From sequence record MK977694.1: a stretch of 64,000 nucleotides of DNA; one strand, 5' to 3'. Positions within the stretch are counted from its first letter, which is position 1. Every line of letters starts with the position of its first letter. This document shows, in pieces, positions 36,790-46,725 of the stretch. Made by a program: the position numbers and the translations under genes. Under the pieces are notes generated by a model, which was not told where the DNA came from, ran no database searches, and saw only the letters and a program-made list of their open reading frames with translations. Source of the stretch: Escherichia phage vB_EcoM-Sa45lw.

Positions 36790-36865
36790 TGGGGTGACCG
36801 ATGGGAGTCGAACCCATGACTACGAGAATCACAATCTCGAGTTCTACCAACTGAACTACGGCCAC
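36790..36865 (-). tRNA. tRNA-His-like (anticodon GUG), discriminator C, no encoded G-1
   Basis: Acceptor GTGGCCG/CGGTCAC, D-arm GTTC-AGTTGGTA-GAAC, anticodon loop TTGTGAT, T-arm ATGGG-TTCGACT-CCCAT, CCA encoded; resembles E. coli tRNA-His. Confidence 0.7.
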
Positions 36866-36979
36866 ATTAATACCTACTCCAACAATCAAGATGTCTTCAC
36901 ACGAAATTAAGAGAAGAGTGATCAGTTCAACCCCTATAATCGCGTCAAGTAGATATTAATGTGACAGTTGTCACAAATT

Positions 36980-37054
36980 TGGCGGACGTGATAGGATTCG
37001 AACCTATAACCAATCGCTTAACAGGCGATCGCTCTGCCATTGAGCTACACATCC
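36980..37054 (-). tRNA. tRNA-Asn (anticodon GUU)
   Basis: Acceptor GGATGTG/CACGTCC, anticodon stem-loop ATCGC-CTGTTAA-GCGAT, T-arm ATAGG-TTCGAAT-CCTAT, CCA encoded; 75 nt. Confidence 0.8.
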
Positions 37055-37058
37055 AAAT

Positions 37059-37145
37059 TGGTGGGGAGTGATGGAGTCGAACCACCCGAGTCGCAATGAC
37101 AATGAATTTACAGTCCACACCGCTACCTCTACGGGATAACTCCCC
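37059..37145 (-). tRNA. tRNA-Tyr (anticodon GUA), class II with long variable arm
   Basis: Acceptor GGGGAGT/ACTCCCC, anticodon loop CTGTAAA, variable arm TGTCATTGCGACTCG (cf. E. coli tRNA-Tyr), T-loop TTCGACT, CCA encoded; 87 nt. Confidence 0.8.
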
Positions 37146-37157
37146 TAATTCATAATT

Positions 37158-37232
37158 TGGTGGCCCTGGGTGGAATTGAACCACCATCTGGCGATTATGA
37201 GTCGCTTGCTTGAACCTTCCAGCTACAGGGCC
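37158..37232 (-). tRNA. tRNA with anticodon CAU (T4 tRNA-Ile-type, lysidine-dependent, or Met)
   Basis: Acceptor GGCCCTG/CAGGGCC, anticodon loop CTCATAA, T-arm GGTGG-TTCAATT-CCACC, CCA encoded; 75 nt. Confidence 0.8.
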
Positions 37233-37233
37233 T

Positions 37234-37309
37234 TGGTGCTGATTGACGGAATCGAACCGCCGACCTTCTCATTACAAGTGAGTTGCTCTACCTACTGAGC
37301 TAAATCAGC
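37234..37309 (-). tRNA. tRNA-Thr (anticodon UGU)
   Basis: Acceptor GCTGATT/AATCAGC, anticodon stem-loop ACTCA-CTTGTAA-TGAGA, T-loop TTCGATT, CCA encoded; 76 nt. Confidence 0.85.
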
Positions 37310-37314
37310 AAAAC

Positions 37315-37404
37315 TGGCGGAGGTGATAGGATTCGAACCTATGAATCGCCGGAGCGACTGCCGGTTTTCAAGACCGGTGCATTCAACCACTCTGCCACAC
37401 CTCC
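37315..37404 (-). tRNA. tRNA-Ser (anticodon UGA), class II
   Basis: Acceptor GGAGGTG/CACCTCC, anticodon stem-loop CCGGT-CTTGAAA-ACCGG, long variable arm, T-loop TTCGAAT, CCA encoded; 90 nt. Confidence 0.85.
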
Positions 37405-37406
37405 AG

Positions 37407-37480
37407 TCTCCATACAAGGATTTGAACCTTGGACCTCCTGATCCCAAATCAGGCGCTCTACCAAACTGAGCTACACGGAG
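37407..37480 (-). tRNA. tRNA-Pro (anticodon UGG), CCA not encoded
   Basis: Acceptor CTCCGTG/TATGGAG (two G-U), anticodon stem-loop CCTGA-TTTGGGA-TCAGG, T-loop TTCAAAT; only 2 nt from tRNA-Ser 5' end (dimeric precursor as in T4). Confidence 0.8.
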
Positions 37481-37490
37481 TAAATTAAAT

Positions 37491-37564
<74 letters not shown>

Positions 37565-37569
37565 AAATT

Positions 37570-37656
37570 TGGTGCGAGAAGTGGGACTCGAACCCACAAG
37601 GAAATCATTCCGCAGCATTTTAAGTGCTGTGCCTTTACCAATTTGACCATTCTCGC
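37570..37656 (-). tRNA. tRNA-Leu (anticodon UAA), class II
   Basis: Sequence GCGAGAATGGTCAAATTGGTAAAGGCACAGCACTTAAAATGCTGCGG...CACCA matches remembered T4 tRNA-Leu; 87 nt. Confidence 0.9.
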
Positions 37657-37657
37657 G

Positions 37658-37730
37658 CTGGGAATAAAGGACTCGAACCTTTGCATCCTGGAATCAAAAT
37701 CCAGTGCCTTACCAACTTGGCTAATTCCCA
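37658..37730 (-). tRNA. tRNA-Gln (anticodon UUG), CCA not encoded
   Basis: TGGGAATTAGCCAAGTTGGTAAGGCACTGGATTTTGATTCCAGG... acceptor TGGGAAT/ATTCCCA; abuts tRNA-Leu (Gln-Leu dimeric precursor as in T4). Confidence 0.9.
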
Positions 37731-37815
37731 ATTATTAACAAAGGCTCTCAAGCAGAACCCTTGATGATAGAGGGTATTAATCAGTGCGGTATGAGTTAAT
37801 AATAACAAATAATTC

Positions 37816-38340
37816 TTAAAGCAAATTAAACATTTTAACGGTCGGCAAAACAATTTCTTCTTCTATATAAGAGTATTTAACACTCTCAACTACACGCAAG
37901 AAATCATAGTCATAATATTCAGAAGCATGACCAAGAATATCAATAAGGCCTTCAAATATCTTATTACCATTCACAAAGAATAAGTCAAATACACGTTCTT
38001 CATCTTCTTCGGATTTATTACCAAGGTCAACTTCTATATCAAAGACCTTTTTAATGAATTCTGGATAAAGTTGTTCTGAGAACAGTCCTTCAACCAAGTA
38101 TTCATAAATAAAAAGCGATTGCTCGCTGAACAAGCCATTACCACAATAACGTTCAGCTTTAGTACTAGAATGTCTGCTTTTAAACTTCTTTAAAAGATAT
38201 TGGAACTGTAAGATTTCATGCTCTTCTACGCCAAACAGTGTTTTAGTTTTATAGTTGTCACCATCATTTTCCCAGGTAGTGACATCAATTACGTAACCCT
38301 GCGGAATTGTAGTACCTAAACAAATATTCATTTTCACCAC
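37816..38340 (-). CDS. Hypothetical acidic protein (174 aa)
   Basis: ORF track; upstream of tRNA cluster. Confidence 0.5.
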   Translation of the reverse strand: MVKMNICLGTTIPQGYVIDVTTWENDGDNYKTKTLFGVEEHEILQFQYLLKKFKSRHSSTKAERYCGNGLFSEQSLFIYEYLVEGLFSEQLYPEFIKKVFDIEVDLGNKSEEDEERVFDLFFVNGNKIFEGLIDILGHASEYYDYDFLRVVESVKYSYIEEEIVLPTVKMFNLL

Positions 38341-38624
38341 GCTGCATTAATATAAGTATATTTAATACATTCAAGACTTAAAGGATTCTTGAAAATATCA
38401 TATTCAAGAGGACCTTTTTCTGTTTCAATAAAGAAATCAAAATTTACTGTATTAAATTTACGGTCTTCCTTCACTAATTTAACCTGAGAAGATGAACGGT
38501 CAATGTAAACCTTTTCAACTTCAAAACATGTTAAAATGCCATAATCATCAATCAAGGCTTTAGCTGCTTCTTGATCATATTTATATCCATTTTCAATGGA
38601 CGATACTTTAGCATAAAGAATCAT
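38334..38624 (-). CDS. Hypothetical protein (96 aa)
   Basis: ORF track. Confidence 0.5.
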   Translation of the reverse strand: MILYAKVSSIENGYKYDQEAAKALIDDYGILTCFEVEKVYIDRSSSQVKLVKEDRKFNTVNFDFFIETEKGPLEYDIFKNPLSLECIKYTYINAAW

Positions 38625-38626
38625 TA

Positions 38627-39007
38627 TTACCCTTCATCAACAATAGTATGAGTGTGGGCATTTACAATTTGCCACCAATCAAAGCGATTAGAACCATACA
38701 TTGGTTTGTTCTCATTTTCTTTGATAATGTCACGGAGTTCATCTTCGGTAGCGGCTTTCGCGATTAAATCAGCATATCCACCGCGAGGATAATAATTATC
38801 ACCTGCAAAAAGTAAAAAGTTTGGTTTAATGTTATTGAACTCTTCAAGAGTAATAACTGTTCCACCAGGTTGAACAATATCTACATAACTATATCCTAAT
38901 TTTTGAGCAGCATCTACTGCTTCAAGCAAGGTATCATGAGCCCATCCAATTTGGCAATCTGGCTTTTCAGATGGATTAGCCTGATAATCTGCATATACTT
39001 TATACAT
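38627..39007 (-). CDS. Hypothetical protein (126 aa from ATG)
   Basis: ATG at 39007 with GGTGAG SD; track start 39046 upstream. Confidence 0.5.
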   Translation of the reverse strand: MYKVYADYQANPSEKPDCQIGWAHDTLLEAVDAAQKLGYSYVDIVQPGGTVITLEEFNNIKPNFLLFAGDNYYPRGGYADLIAKAATEDELRDIIKENENKPMYGSNRFDWWQIVNAHTHTIVDEG

Positions 39008-39008
39008 T

Positions 39009-39194
39009 TTACTCACCTTTAGAAATTTTATCCATAACGATAGCAATTAAACCAATTAAAAATGCTACTACAAGTGAAAATACATTTTCTGCTGTAGTTA
39101 ATAATCCGCATATAAATCCAACAAACATTGAAAAACTAAAAGCGGAAGCAGAAATTGCAATAGCAACATTTCGAATTAATTCACAGCGTTTCAT
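39009..39194 (-). CDS. Hypothetical small membrane protein (61 aa from ATG)
   Basis: ATG at 39194 with GAGGAG directly after early promoter; two hydrophobic helices. Confidence 0.45.
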   Translation of the reverse strand: MKRCELIRNVAIAISASAFSFSMFVGFICGLLTTAENVFSLVVAFLIGLIAIVMDKISKGE

Positions 39195-39222
39195 TTTATT
39201 CTCCTCAGTAGTTGATAGGGTA

Positions 39223-39252
39223 ATAGTATCACTACTAAAACCCCGTGTAAAC
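39223..39252 (-). promoter_or_regulatory. T4-type early promoter (GTTTAC, 18 bp, TACTAT)
   Basis: Minus strand: aaagttGTTTACacggggttttagtagtgaTACTATtacc; near-duplicate of module at 39554..39583. Confidence 0.6.
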
Positions 39253-39264
39253 AACTTTGTGAAA

Positions 39265-39522
39265 TTATTTTAAATCTTCTAATCGTTTCTTCATCTTAGA
39301 ACCATTTTTAGCGATTTCTCCTGCGTCAGAGCATAATGCTAAAAGTGCTTTAACTTTAGTTTGGTCTCCTTTAAAAGACGAAGGATCGACTGCAGCAGCA
39401 AGTTCTTTAATACGAGAGAAAAGACGCTCAGCTTCAGCTAAAGCCATTCCAAGCTTTACTTCCATACCATGAGAAGATTCAGTGATAATAGTTTCTGTAG
39501 CAAACTCTTTATAAGTTTTCAT
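39265..39522 (-). CDS. Internal protein I-like (CTS-type N-terminus MKTYKEFATE), 85 aa
   Basis: CTS-like N-terminus; position immediately downstream of 57B as T4 ipI; own early promoter. Confidence 0.6.
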   Translation of the reverse strand: MKTYKEFATETIITESSHGMEVKLGMALAEAERLFSRIKELAAAVDPSSFKGDQTKVKALLALCSDAGEIAKNGSKMKKRLEDLK

Positions 39523-39553
39523 TTTATTTTTCCTAATTAATTTTGATGAGGTA

Positions 39554-39583
39554 ATAGTATCACTACCTCATCAGTGTGTAAAC
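39554..39583 (-). promoter_or_regulatory. T4-type early promoter (GTTTAC, 18 bp, TACTAT) for ipI-like gene
   Basis: Minus strand: aaagttGTTTACacactgatgaggtagtgaTACTATtacc. Confidence 0.6.
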
Positions 39584-39595
39584 AACTTTGTGAAA

Positions 39596-40292
<697 letters not shown>

Positions 40293-40293
<1 letters not shown>

Positions 40294-41018
40294 TATAGTA
40301 CCTTTAGTGTATTTTTAATTTTAGAAAAAAGTTCTTCAAGAGAACCATCGTTTGTAATTACTAAATCACCATCACGAATTGGCAATCCAGCTTCTGTAAT
40401 ATGTGTATCATTGGATTTTTGACCAGGACGAACTACATGAATTACTGTAGCACCCATCGCCCTAGCCGCATCCATTTCATGATCTTGACGAGTATCAGGA
40501 ACGATATAATAATCATAACCTGAGTTAAATTTATCAAGATAATCTAAAGCAAATAATTTTACCCAGTACATGCGGTCGAAGTTATTAACAATCAAATCCG
40601 TACCTAGGGCTTGCATCAGACGACGGACTGACCATTGATCTTCAATATTATTTATAACGTCAATAATCTTGTTAAATGCTACGGAATTAACTGATTCTTC
40701 TCCTTCGTCATCAAAAACAAACACACCTTTAATTGGGCTTTTACCATTAAGATAGCAAAATGCTTGTTCCATAATCGCGATTACTTCTGATTTAGTCAGA
40801 TTTAAATTAGTCTCACGATCATAGTCAATTCCTTCAAACTCTTTACGAGTTAAGCAAGGATAGTCAGTGTTTGCTGCAAATACTCCCCATGCATAAGCCA
40901 ATGCATCCTTAATAGGACCAGCAAGTTGGTATTTAACTGCAGAATAATTGCTCATGATAAAATCAGCAGTAGTATCTTTTCCACTACGCTTTACACCGCT
41001 TAAAAAGATTAGTTTCAT
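40293..41018 (-). CDS. 1: Deoxynucleoside monophosphate kinase gp1
   Basis: MKLIFLSGVKRSGKDTTADFI... P-loop; 241 aa from ATG at 41018 (track begins 13 codons upstream). Confidence 0.92.
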
Positions 41019-41043
41019 GTGTTTCTCCTCAAATTTAATTAAG

Positions 41044-41067
41044 ATTATAACACACAAAACTGAAGCA
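41044..41067 (-). promoter_or_regulatory. T4 middle promoter (MotA box TGCTTCA, 11 nt, -10 TATAAT) upstream of gene 1
   Basis: Minus strand: tttaaTGCTTCAgttttgtgtgtTATAATctt...GAGGAGaaac ATG. Confidence 0.6.
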
Positions 41068-41598
41068 TTAAACTTCTGCTATAATTTTTCCATCTTTTTC
41101 TACTTGAAAATAGGTGTAAGGAATCGTTGCAGTACATACTAAAGCCGGGTCTGAATCTTCTGTGTAGCTAAATTCTACTTCAGATAGGTCAGAAACCCAC
41201 GGCTTATAAAAATTTATTGACATCACGATTTCAGTTTTGCTATTATCTAAGATGTAAAGCGTAATGTACTCAGGACCTGTTTTTTGGGCAGTATTTTCAC
41301 CTGTAAGATAGTTGCTAGTTCCTAACATCCATTCATACATTCCTATCCACGACTTAAGTTCTTCATCAACTATAAATCTCACAATGAGTGGATCATACTC
41401 AAATGTAACACCTGGACGTTGTGCTCGGCCCAGTCCAAACGGCCCAGTCACGGTATCAGTAACAGGTATTCTAATTCCTGGAATAGGAACTGACTGAGCA
41501 TTTAAAGTAAAAGCAGATGTAGTATTACTATGTGGTATTGATACTACAAAGTTAGTTGTATTTGCTTGGTTAAAAATTTGTTGCAGAGCTTGCGACAT
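41068..41598 (-). CDS. 3: Tail completion / sheath stabiliser gp3
   Basis: 176 aa from MSQALQQIFNQANTT... (track ORF extends 27 codons upstream); size and position as T4 gp3. Confidence 0.85.
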   Translation of the reverse strand: MSQALQQIFNQANTTNFVVSIPHSNTTSAFTLNAQSVPIPGIRIPVTDTVTGPFGLGRAQRPGVTFEYDPLIVRFIVDEELKSWIGMYEWMLGTSNYLTGENTAQKTGPEYITLYILDNSKTEIVMSINFYKPWVSDLSEVEFSYTEDSDPALVCTATIPYTYFQVEKDGKIIAEV

Positions 41599-41704
41599 AT
41601 ATTCCTCATAATGCTTTATAACTGTTGGTGGTATAATGGGTCTAAGTCCCTTCCATTCAATTCCATTTAGAACAAACAACAGAAAAGAATGGAAGATAAT
41701 AGAA

Positions 41705-42529
41705 TTAGATATTTGACCAGACTTTGTTTGCAGAGAAACGTTTTCCTTTTGAAACGAACTGCTGAAGTGGCATCAGCACAACGTTCGCCCAGTCTTTCGG
41801 GGCGATTTCAACAAGGCTACCCATAATATTACCAGGTATATATGCCTTAATCATTTGGTCTGCACCCCTAAATCCTTTCACTTGACTCCAATCAATTTTT
41901 AATTTCGTTTTATTAGTAATAGTAGGTGTATTTGAATATTGCTTTAAAAGCTCTTCTAGAAATTGCTGACGAGCTTTAGGTGGAATATAGTGCAAGTTCA
42001 ATCCGTACATTAAATTATGCTTACCTAAACCAAGGTAAATTATTAAAGGAAATTTATCCCAGTAAGGAAGAGTTTCCTTGTGTTTAGCATCATAAGCAAA
42101 AGCATATATTCGTCCCGGCTGCGGGCGAACAACTTTATGTCCTTTTACTTGCTTAATAGTTTCGGCAAACCATTTTCTGGTTTTATTATTAATTGCTGCA
42201 CCTTCATTACGAATTTTATCGCGCAATGTTTGTCTGAATGAATTTATCATAAGCAGTTGTCTTTCTTGCTTATTGAGCTTATTCATTGGTTTTGATTCAA
42301 GCTTTTGAATCTTTTCAGCCGTTTTAATTCCTGAAGCATATTTTGACATTGCCGAAGTAAACGTAGAGTATTTGATTCCTCTTTCTTCAGCAAATTGCTT
42401 TCCTGTCATTCCTTTTGCTTTGGCCTTTTTATATTCAAGACCTATTTGAATCCATTTCTTTTCGTTTAATGATTGCTTAACCTTTGGAACTTGTGGAGTG
42501 CTTTCATTAATTATTTGAAAAATAGCCAT
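41705..42529 (-). CDS. 2: DNA end-protector protein gp2
   Basis: 274 aa, same length and position as T4 gp2. Confidence 0.85.
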   Translation of the reverse strand: MAIFQIINESTPQVPKVKQSLNEKKWIQIGLEYKKAKAKGMTGKQFAEERGIKYSTFTSAMSKYASGIKTAEKIQKLESKPMNKLNKQERQLLMINSFRQTLRDKIRNEGAAINNKTRKWFAETIKQVKGHKVVRPQPGRIYAFAYDAKHKETLPYWDKFPLIIYLGLGKHNLMYGLNLHYIPPKARQQFLEELLKQYSNTPTITNKTKLKIDWSQVKGFRGADQMIKAYIPGNIMGSLVEIAPKDWANVVLMPLQQFVSKGKRFSANKVWSNI

Positions 42530-42981
42530 TATGCCCCCTTAAAGCCAAGAGCTCGTAATCCATCTTCTGTTAGAATTCTAAATTTTATTCCACGCTTTTC
42601 AGCTAAAGCTTGCGCTGCTTTCCATTTGTCGGTATTAACGGAATATGTATAAATTTCATTCATAAATCTTTTCTTCGCTGCAGTTGTTAGATGTGCTGGT
42701 TTAACTGGTGGTTGTGTTTCTTTTTTAGGTTTTATTTCAATAAAAAATTCTTGTCCAGAAGAATCTTTCATCCAAATATCCATGAAGTATCTACGTTTTT
42801 TCCCTTCTGCATTACAAAAATAAGGAATTACTGCTGTTTCACTACCCCATGCAATAATTTCTGGATTTTTATCTAACCATTCAAAAAAGAATTTTTCCCA
42901 ATTTGATCTATACGTAATTTTTTTAGGGTCACCTCTATACTTTGATATATTTTTAGGAACCCATTTTCCAGAATATGCCAT
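42529..42981 (-). CDS. 4: Head completion protein gp4
   Basis: 150 aa, same length and position as T4 gp4; ATGGCATA stop/start overlap with gene 2. Confidence 0.85.
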   Translation of the reverse strand: MAYSGKWVPKNISKYRGDPKKITYRSNWEKFFFEWLDKNPEIIAWGSETAVIPYFCNAEGKKRRYFMDIWMKDSSGQEFFIEIKPKKETQPPVKPAHLTTAAKKRFMNEIYTYSVNTDKWKAAQALAEKRGIKFRILTEDGLRALGFKGA

Positions 42982-42992
42982 TGGATTCTCCT

Positions 42993-43000
42993 TATAAATA
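42993..43000 (+). promoter_or_regulatory. T4 late promoter TATAAATA for gene 53
   Basis: Exact TATAAATA 29 nt upstream of ATG 43029; GGAGGG SD. Confidence 0.6.
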
Positions 43001-43007
43001 GATAATA

Positions 43008-43015
43008 TATTTATA
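43008..43015 (-). promoter_or_regulatory. T4 late promoter TATAAATA (minus strand) for gene 4
   Basis: Plus-strand TATTTATA = minus TATAAATA, 27 nt upstream of gene 4 ATG. Confidence 0.55.
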
Positions 43016-43028
43016 AACAGGAGGGCCC

Positions 43029-43619
43029 ATGCTCTTTACATTTTTTGATCCGATTGAATATGCGGCCAAAACGGTGAATAAAAACGCGCCGACTATTCCT
43101 ATGACAGATATTTTTAGAAACTATAAAGACTATTTTAAACGCGCTCTTGCGGGATACCGCTTACGTACTTATTATATTAAAGGTTCACCACGCCCGGAAG
43201 AATTAGCAAATACTATATATGGAAATCCACAGTTGTATTGGGTTTTATTGATGTGTAATGATAATTATGACCCGTATTATGGATGGATTACTTCGCAAGA
43301 AGCTGCTTATCAAGCATCTATACAAAAATACAAAAATGTAGGTGGAGACCAAATAGTATATCATGTGAATGAGAACGGTGAAAAATTTTACAATTTAATA
43401 TCATACGATGATAATCCATATGTTTGGTATGACAAAGGTGATAAAGCTAGAAAATATCCTCAATATGAAGGAGCACTTGCTGCGGTCGATACGTATGAAG
43501 CTGCTGTTCTTGAAAATGAAAAACTTCGTCAAATAAAAATAATAGCAAAATCAGACATTAATTCATTTATGAACGACCTTATACGTATAATGGAGAAATC
43601 TTATGGAAATGATAAGTAA
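43029..43619 (+). CDS. 53: Baseplate wedge protein gp53
   Basis: 196 aa, same length/position as T4 gp53. Confidence 0.9.
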   Translation: MLFTFFDPIEYAAKTVNKNAPTIPMTDIFRNYKDYFKRALAGYRLRTYYIKGSPRPEELANTIYGNPQLYWVLLMCNDNYDPYYGWITSQEAAYQASIQKYKNVGGDQIVYHVNENGEKFYNLISYDDNPYVWYDKGDKARKYPQYEGALAAVDTYEAAVLENEKLRQIKIIAKSDINSFMNDLIRIMEKSYGNDK

Positions 43620-45330
43620 TAACCTTAATTGGTTTGTTGGTGTTGTTGAAGATAGAATGGACCCATTAAAATTAGGTCGTGTTCGTGTTCGTGTTGTTGG
43701 TCTGCATCCACCTCAAAGAGCACAAGGTGATGTAATGGGTATTCCAACTGAAAAATTACCATGGATGTCAGTTATTCAACCTATAACTTCTGCAGCAATG
43801 TCTGGAATTGGAGGCTCCGTTACTGGACCGGTAGAAGGAACTAGAGTTTATGGTCATTTTTTAGACAAATGGAAAACCAACGGAATTGTTCTTGGCACGT
43901 ATGGTGGAATAGTTCGCGAAAAACCGAATAGACTTGAAGGATTTTCTGATCCAACTGGACAATATCCTAGACGTTTAGGAAATGATACTAACGTACTAAA
44001 CCAAGGCGGAGAAGTAGGATATGATTCGTCTTCTAACGTTATCCAAGATAGTAACTTAGACACCGCAATAAATCCCGATGATAGACCACTATCAGAGATT
44101 CCAACTGATGATAATCCAAATATGTCAATGGCTGAAATGCTTCGCCGTGATGAAGGATTAAGACTAAAAGTTTATTGGGATACTGAAGGATATCCGACAA
44201 TTGGTATTGGTCATCTTATCATGAAACAGCCAGTTCGTGATATGGCTCAAATTAATAAAGTTTTATCAAAACAAGTTGGTCGTGAAATTACTGGAAATCC
44301 AGGTTCTATTACAATGGAAGAAGCGGTAACTTTATTTGAGCGTGATTTGGCTGATATGCAACGTGACATTAAATCGCATTCTAAAGTAGGACCAGTCTGG
44401 CAAGCTGTCAACCGTTCTCGTCAAATGGCGTTAGAAAATATGGCATTTCAGATGGGTGTTGGCGGTGTAGCTAAATTTAACACAATGTTAACTGCTATGT
44501 TAGCCGGAGATTGGGAAAAAGCATATAAAGCAGGTCGTGATTCATTGTGGTATCAACAAACAAAAGGCCGTGCATCCCGTGTTACCATGATTATTCTTAC
44601 GGGAAATTTGGAATCATATGGTGTTGAAGTGAAAACACCAGCTAGGTCTTTATCTGCAATGGCTGCTACTGTAGCTAAATCTTCTGACCCTGCTGATCCT
44701 CCTATTCCAAATGACTCGAGAATTTTATTCAAAGAACCAGTTTCTTCATATAAAGGTGAGTATCCTTATGTGCATACGATGGAAACTGAAAGTGGACATA
44801 TCCAAGAATTTGATGATACCCCTGGGCAAGAACGATACAGATTAGTTCATCCAACTGGAACTTATGAAGAAGTATCACCGTCAGGAAGAAGAACAAGAAA
44901 AACTGTTGATAATTTGTATGATATAACAAATGCTGATGGTAATTTTTTGGTAGCCGGTGATAAAAAGACTAACGTCGGTGGATCAGAAATTTATTACAAC
45001 ATGGATAATCGTTTACATCAAATCGATGGAAGCAATACAATATTTGTACGTGGCGATGAAACTAAGACGGTTGAAGGTAATGGAACTATCCTAGTTAAAG
45101 GTAATGTTACTATTGTAGTTGAAGGTAATGCTGACATTACAGTTAAAGGAGATGCTACCACTTTAGTTGAAGGAAATCAGACTAATACAGTAAATGGAAA
45201 TCTTTCTTGGAAAGTTGCTGGGACAGTTGATTGGGACGTTGGTGGTGATTGGACAGAAAAAATGGCATCTATGAGTTCTATTTCATCTGGTCAATACACA
45301 ATTGATGGATCGAGGATTGACATTGGCTAA
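43603..45330 (+). CDS. 5: Baseplate hub + tail lysozyme (cell-puncturing device) gp5
   Basis: 575 aa MEMISNNLNWFVGVVED...; internal lysozyme domain MLRRDEGLRLKVYWDTEGYPTIGIGHL; C-terminal beta-helix VxGxxxV repeats. Confidence 0.95.
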   Translation: MEMISNNLNWFVGVVEDRMDPLKLGRVRVRVVGLHPPQRAQGDVMGIPTEKLPWMSVIQPITSAAMSGIGGSVTGPVEGTRVYGHFLDKWKTNGIVLGTYGGIVREKPNRLEGFSDPTGQYPRRLGNDTNVLNQGGEVGYDSSSNVIQDSNLDTAINPDDRPLSEIPTDDNPNMSMAEMLRRDEGLRLKVYWDTEGYPTIGIGHLIMKQPVRDMAQINKVLSKQVGREITGNPGSITMEEAVTLFERDLADMQRDIKSHSKVGPVWQAVNRSRQMALENMAFQMGVGGVAKFNTMLTAMLAGDWEKAYKAGRDSLWYQQTKGRASRVTMIILTGNLESYGVEVKTPARSLSAMAATVAKSSDPADPPIPNDSRILFKEPVSSYKGEYPYVHTMETESGHIQEFDDTPGQERYRLVHPTGTYEEVSPSGRRTRKTVDNLYDITNADGNFLVAGDKKTNVGGSEIYYNMDNRLHQIDGSNTIFVRGDETKTVEGNGTILVKGNVTIVVEGNADITVKGDATTLVEGNQTNTVNGNLSWKVAGTVDWDVGGDWTEKMASMSSISSGQYTIDGSRIDIG

Positions 45331-45364
45331 TATACTTCCAATGAGCGCTGATTTAGGAGAATCC

Positions 45365-45859
45365 ATGGAAGGTTCTTCTATCGACGTCACCTTTACCGCT
45401 CAATTAGAAACAGGTGAAACGTTAGTATCTATAAATATAACTAGTTACGAAGAAACTCCTGGGGTTTTAGTAGAAGAAAATCGCTTATATGGAACATATG
45501 AATCTGTATTTGGTTTCGGAAATGACGCGTTGAAATATCGTTTAGGCGATGAATTTAAAATTGCTGCTTCATGGGAAGAACTTCCTACTGATTCTGATAC
45601 TCAGCTGTATTTGTGGAAAGCTCCTCAAAATCTCCAGAAGACATTCACTTACGAAGTAACATTAATATATGACTACCAAGAACAAAGTGAATCTGGGGGT
45701 TCTGGCAGTAATTCTAGGTCATCTTCTGATACTACTGAACCGACGGATCCTCCTGCTCCAGTAAGAAAAACTCTTGTTAAAAATTATACTAAAACTATAG
45801 TTGGAAATTGGAGTCGTTGGGCTAATAAACTGAGAGAATATGTCTATGCAAGACCATAA
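45365..45859 (+). CDS. 5.1: gp5.1-position protein (164 aa from ATG with AGGAGA SD)
   Basis: ORF track 45302..45859; start trimmed to ATG 45365. Confidence 0.6.
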   Translation: MEGSSIDVTFTAQLETGETLVSINITSYEETPGVLVEENRLYGTYESVFGFGNDALKYRLGDEFKIAASWEELPTDSDTQLYLWKAPQNLQKTFTYEVTLIYDYQEQSESGGSGSNSRSSSDTTEPTDPPAPVRKTLVKNYTKTIVGNWSRWANKLREYVYARP

Positions 45860-46436
45860 ATATTTTTATTTGTATTCAATAACTAATAAAACAACAGGAA
45901 AAATTTATGTAGGCGTCCACAAAACTTCAAATTTGGATGATGGGTATATGGGTTCTGGCGTTGCCATTAAAAATGCCATTAAAAAATATGGCATAGATAA
46001 TTTTTATAAGCATATTATAAAATTCTTTGAATCTGAAAAAGCTATGTATGACGCAGAGGCAGAAATAGTCACAGAGGAATTTGTTAAATCTAAGAAAACT
46101 TATAATATGAAACTAGGCGGTATCGGTGGCTTCCCAAAACATAACACAGCGGGTGCTAAAAATGGATTTTACGGTAAATCTCATTCGCGTGAAACTAGAT
46201 TGAAAATTAGCATTAAATCGTCTAGAAAAAGAGGGCCTAGAGGGCCTAGAGGTAAAACTCTAAAGATGTGTGGCGCCAATAACCCAAGGTATGGCAAAAT
46301 AGCCCCTAATGCTAAATCTGTTATTATCAACGGCGTTTTATATAAAAGTATTAAAATCGCAGCTAAAGCTCTTAATATAAATTATAGTACCTTAAAGGGG
46401 CGAGTTAAAGCGGGGTATTATAAATGTCAGGATTAA
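45840..46436 (+). CDS. GIY-YIG homing endonuclease-like protein (seg-type)
   Basis: N-terminal [23 protein letters not shown] (GIY-YIG motif variant), downstream Arg/Lys-rich DNA-binding region; inserted between 5.1 and 5.4. Confidence 0.7.
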
Positions 46437-46717
46437 GTTATGATAAGTGTGTTACTGCTGGCCATGAAGCGTGGCCTCCAACAGTTGTGAATGCTACACA
46501 AAGTAAAGTATTCACTGGAGGAATTGCTGTTCTAGTAGCAGGCGATCCAATTACAGAACATACAGAAATTAAAAAGCCATATGAAACACATGGCGGAGTG
46601 ACACAACCTAGAACTTCTAAGGTATATGTCACTGGAAAGAAAGCTGTTCAAATGGCTGATCCAATATCATGCGGTGATACTGTGGCTCAGGCATCATCTA
46701 AAGTATTCATTAAATAG
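46424..46717 (+). CDS. 5.4: Spike-tip PAAR-repeat protein gp5.4
   Basis: 97 aa [19 protein letters not shown]...; matches remembered T4 gp5.4. Confidence 0.85.
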
Positions 46718-46725
46718 GATTTAAA

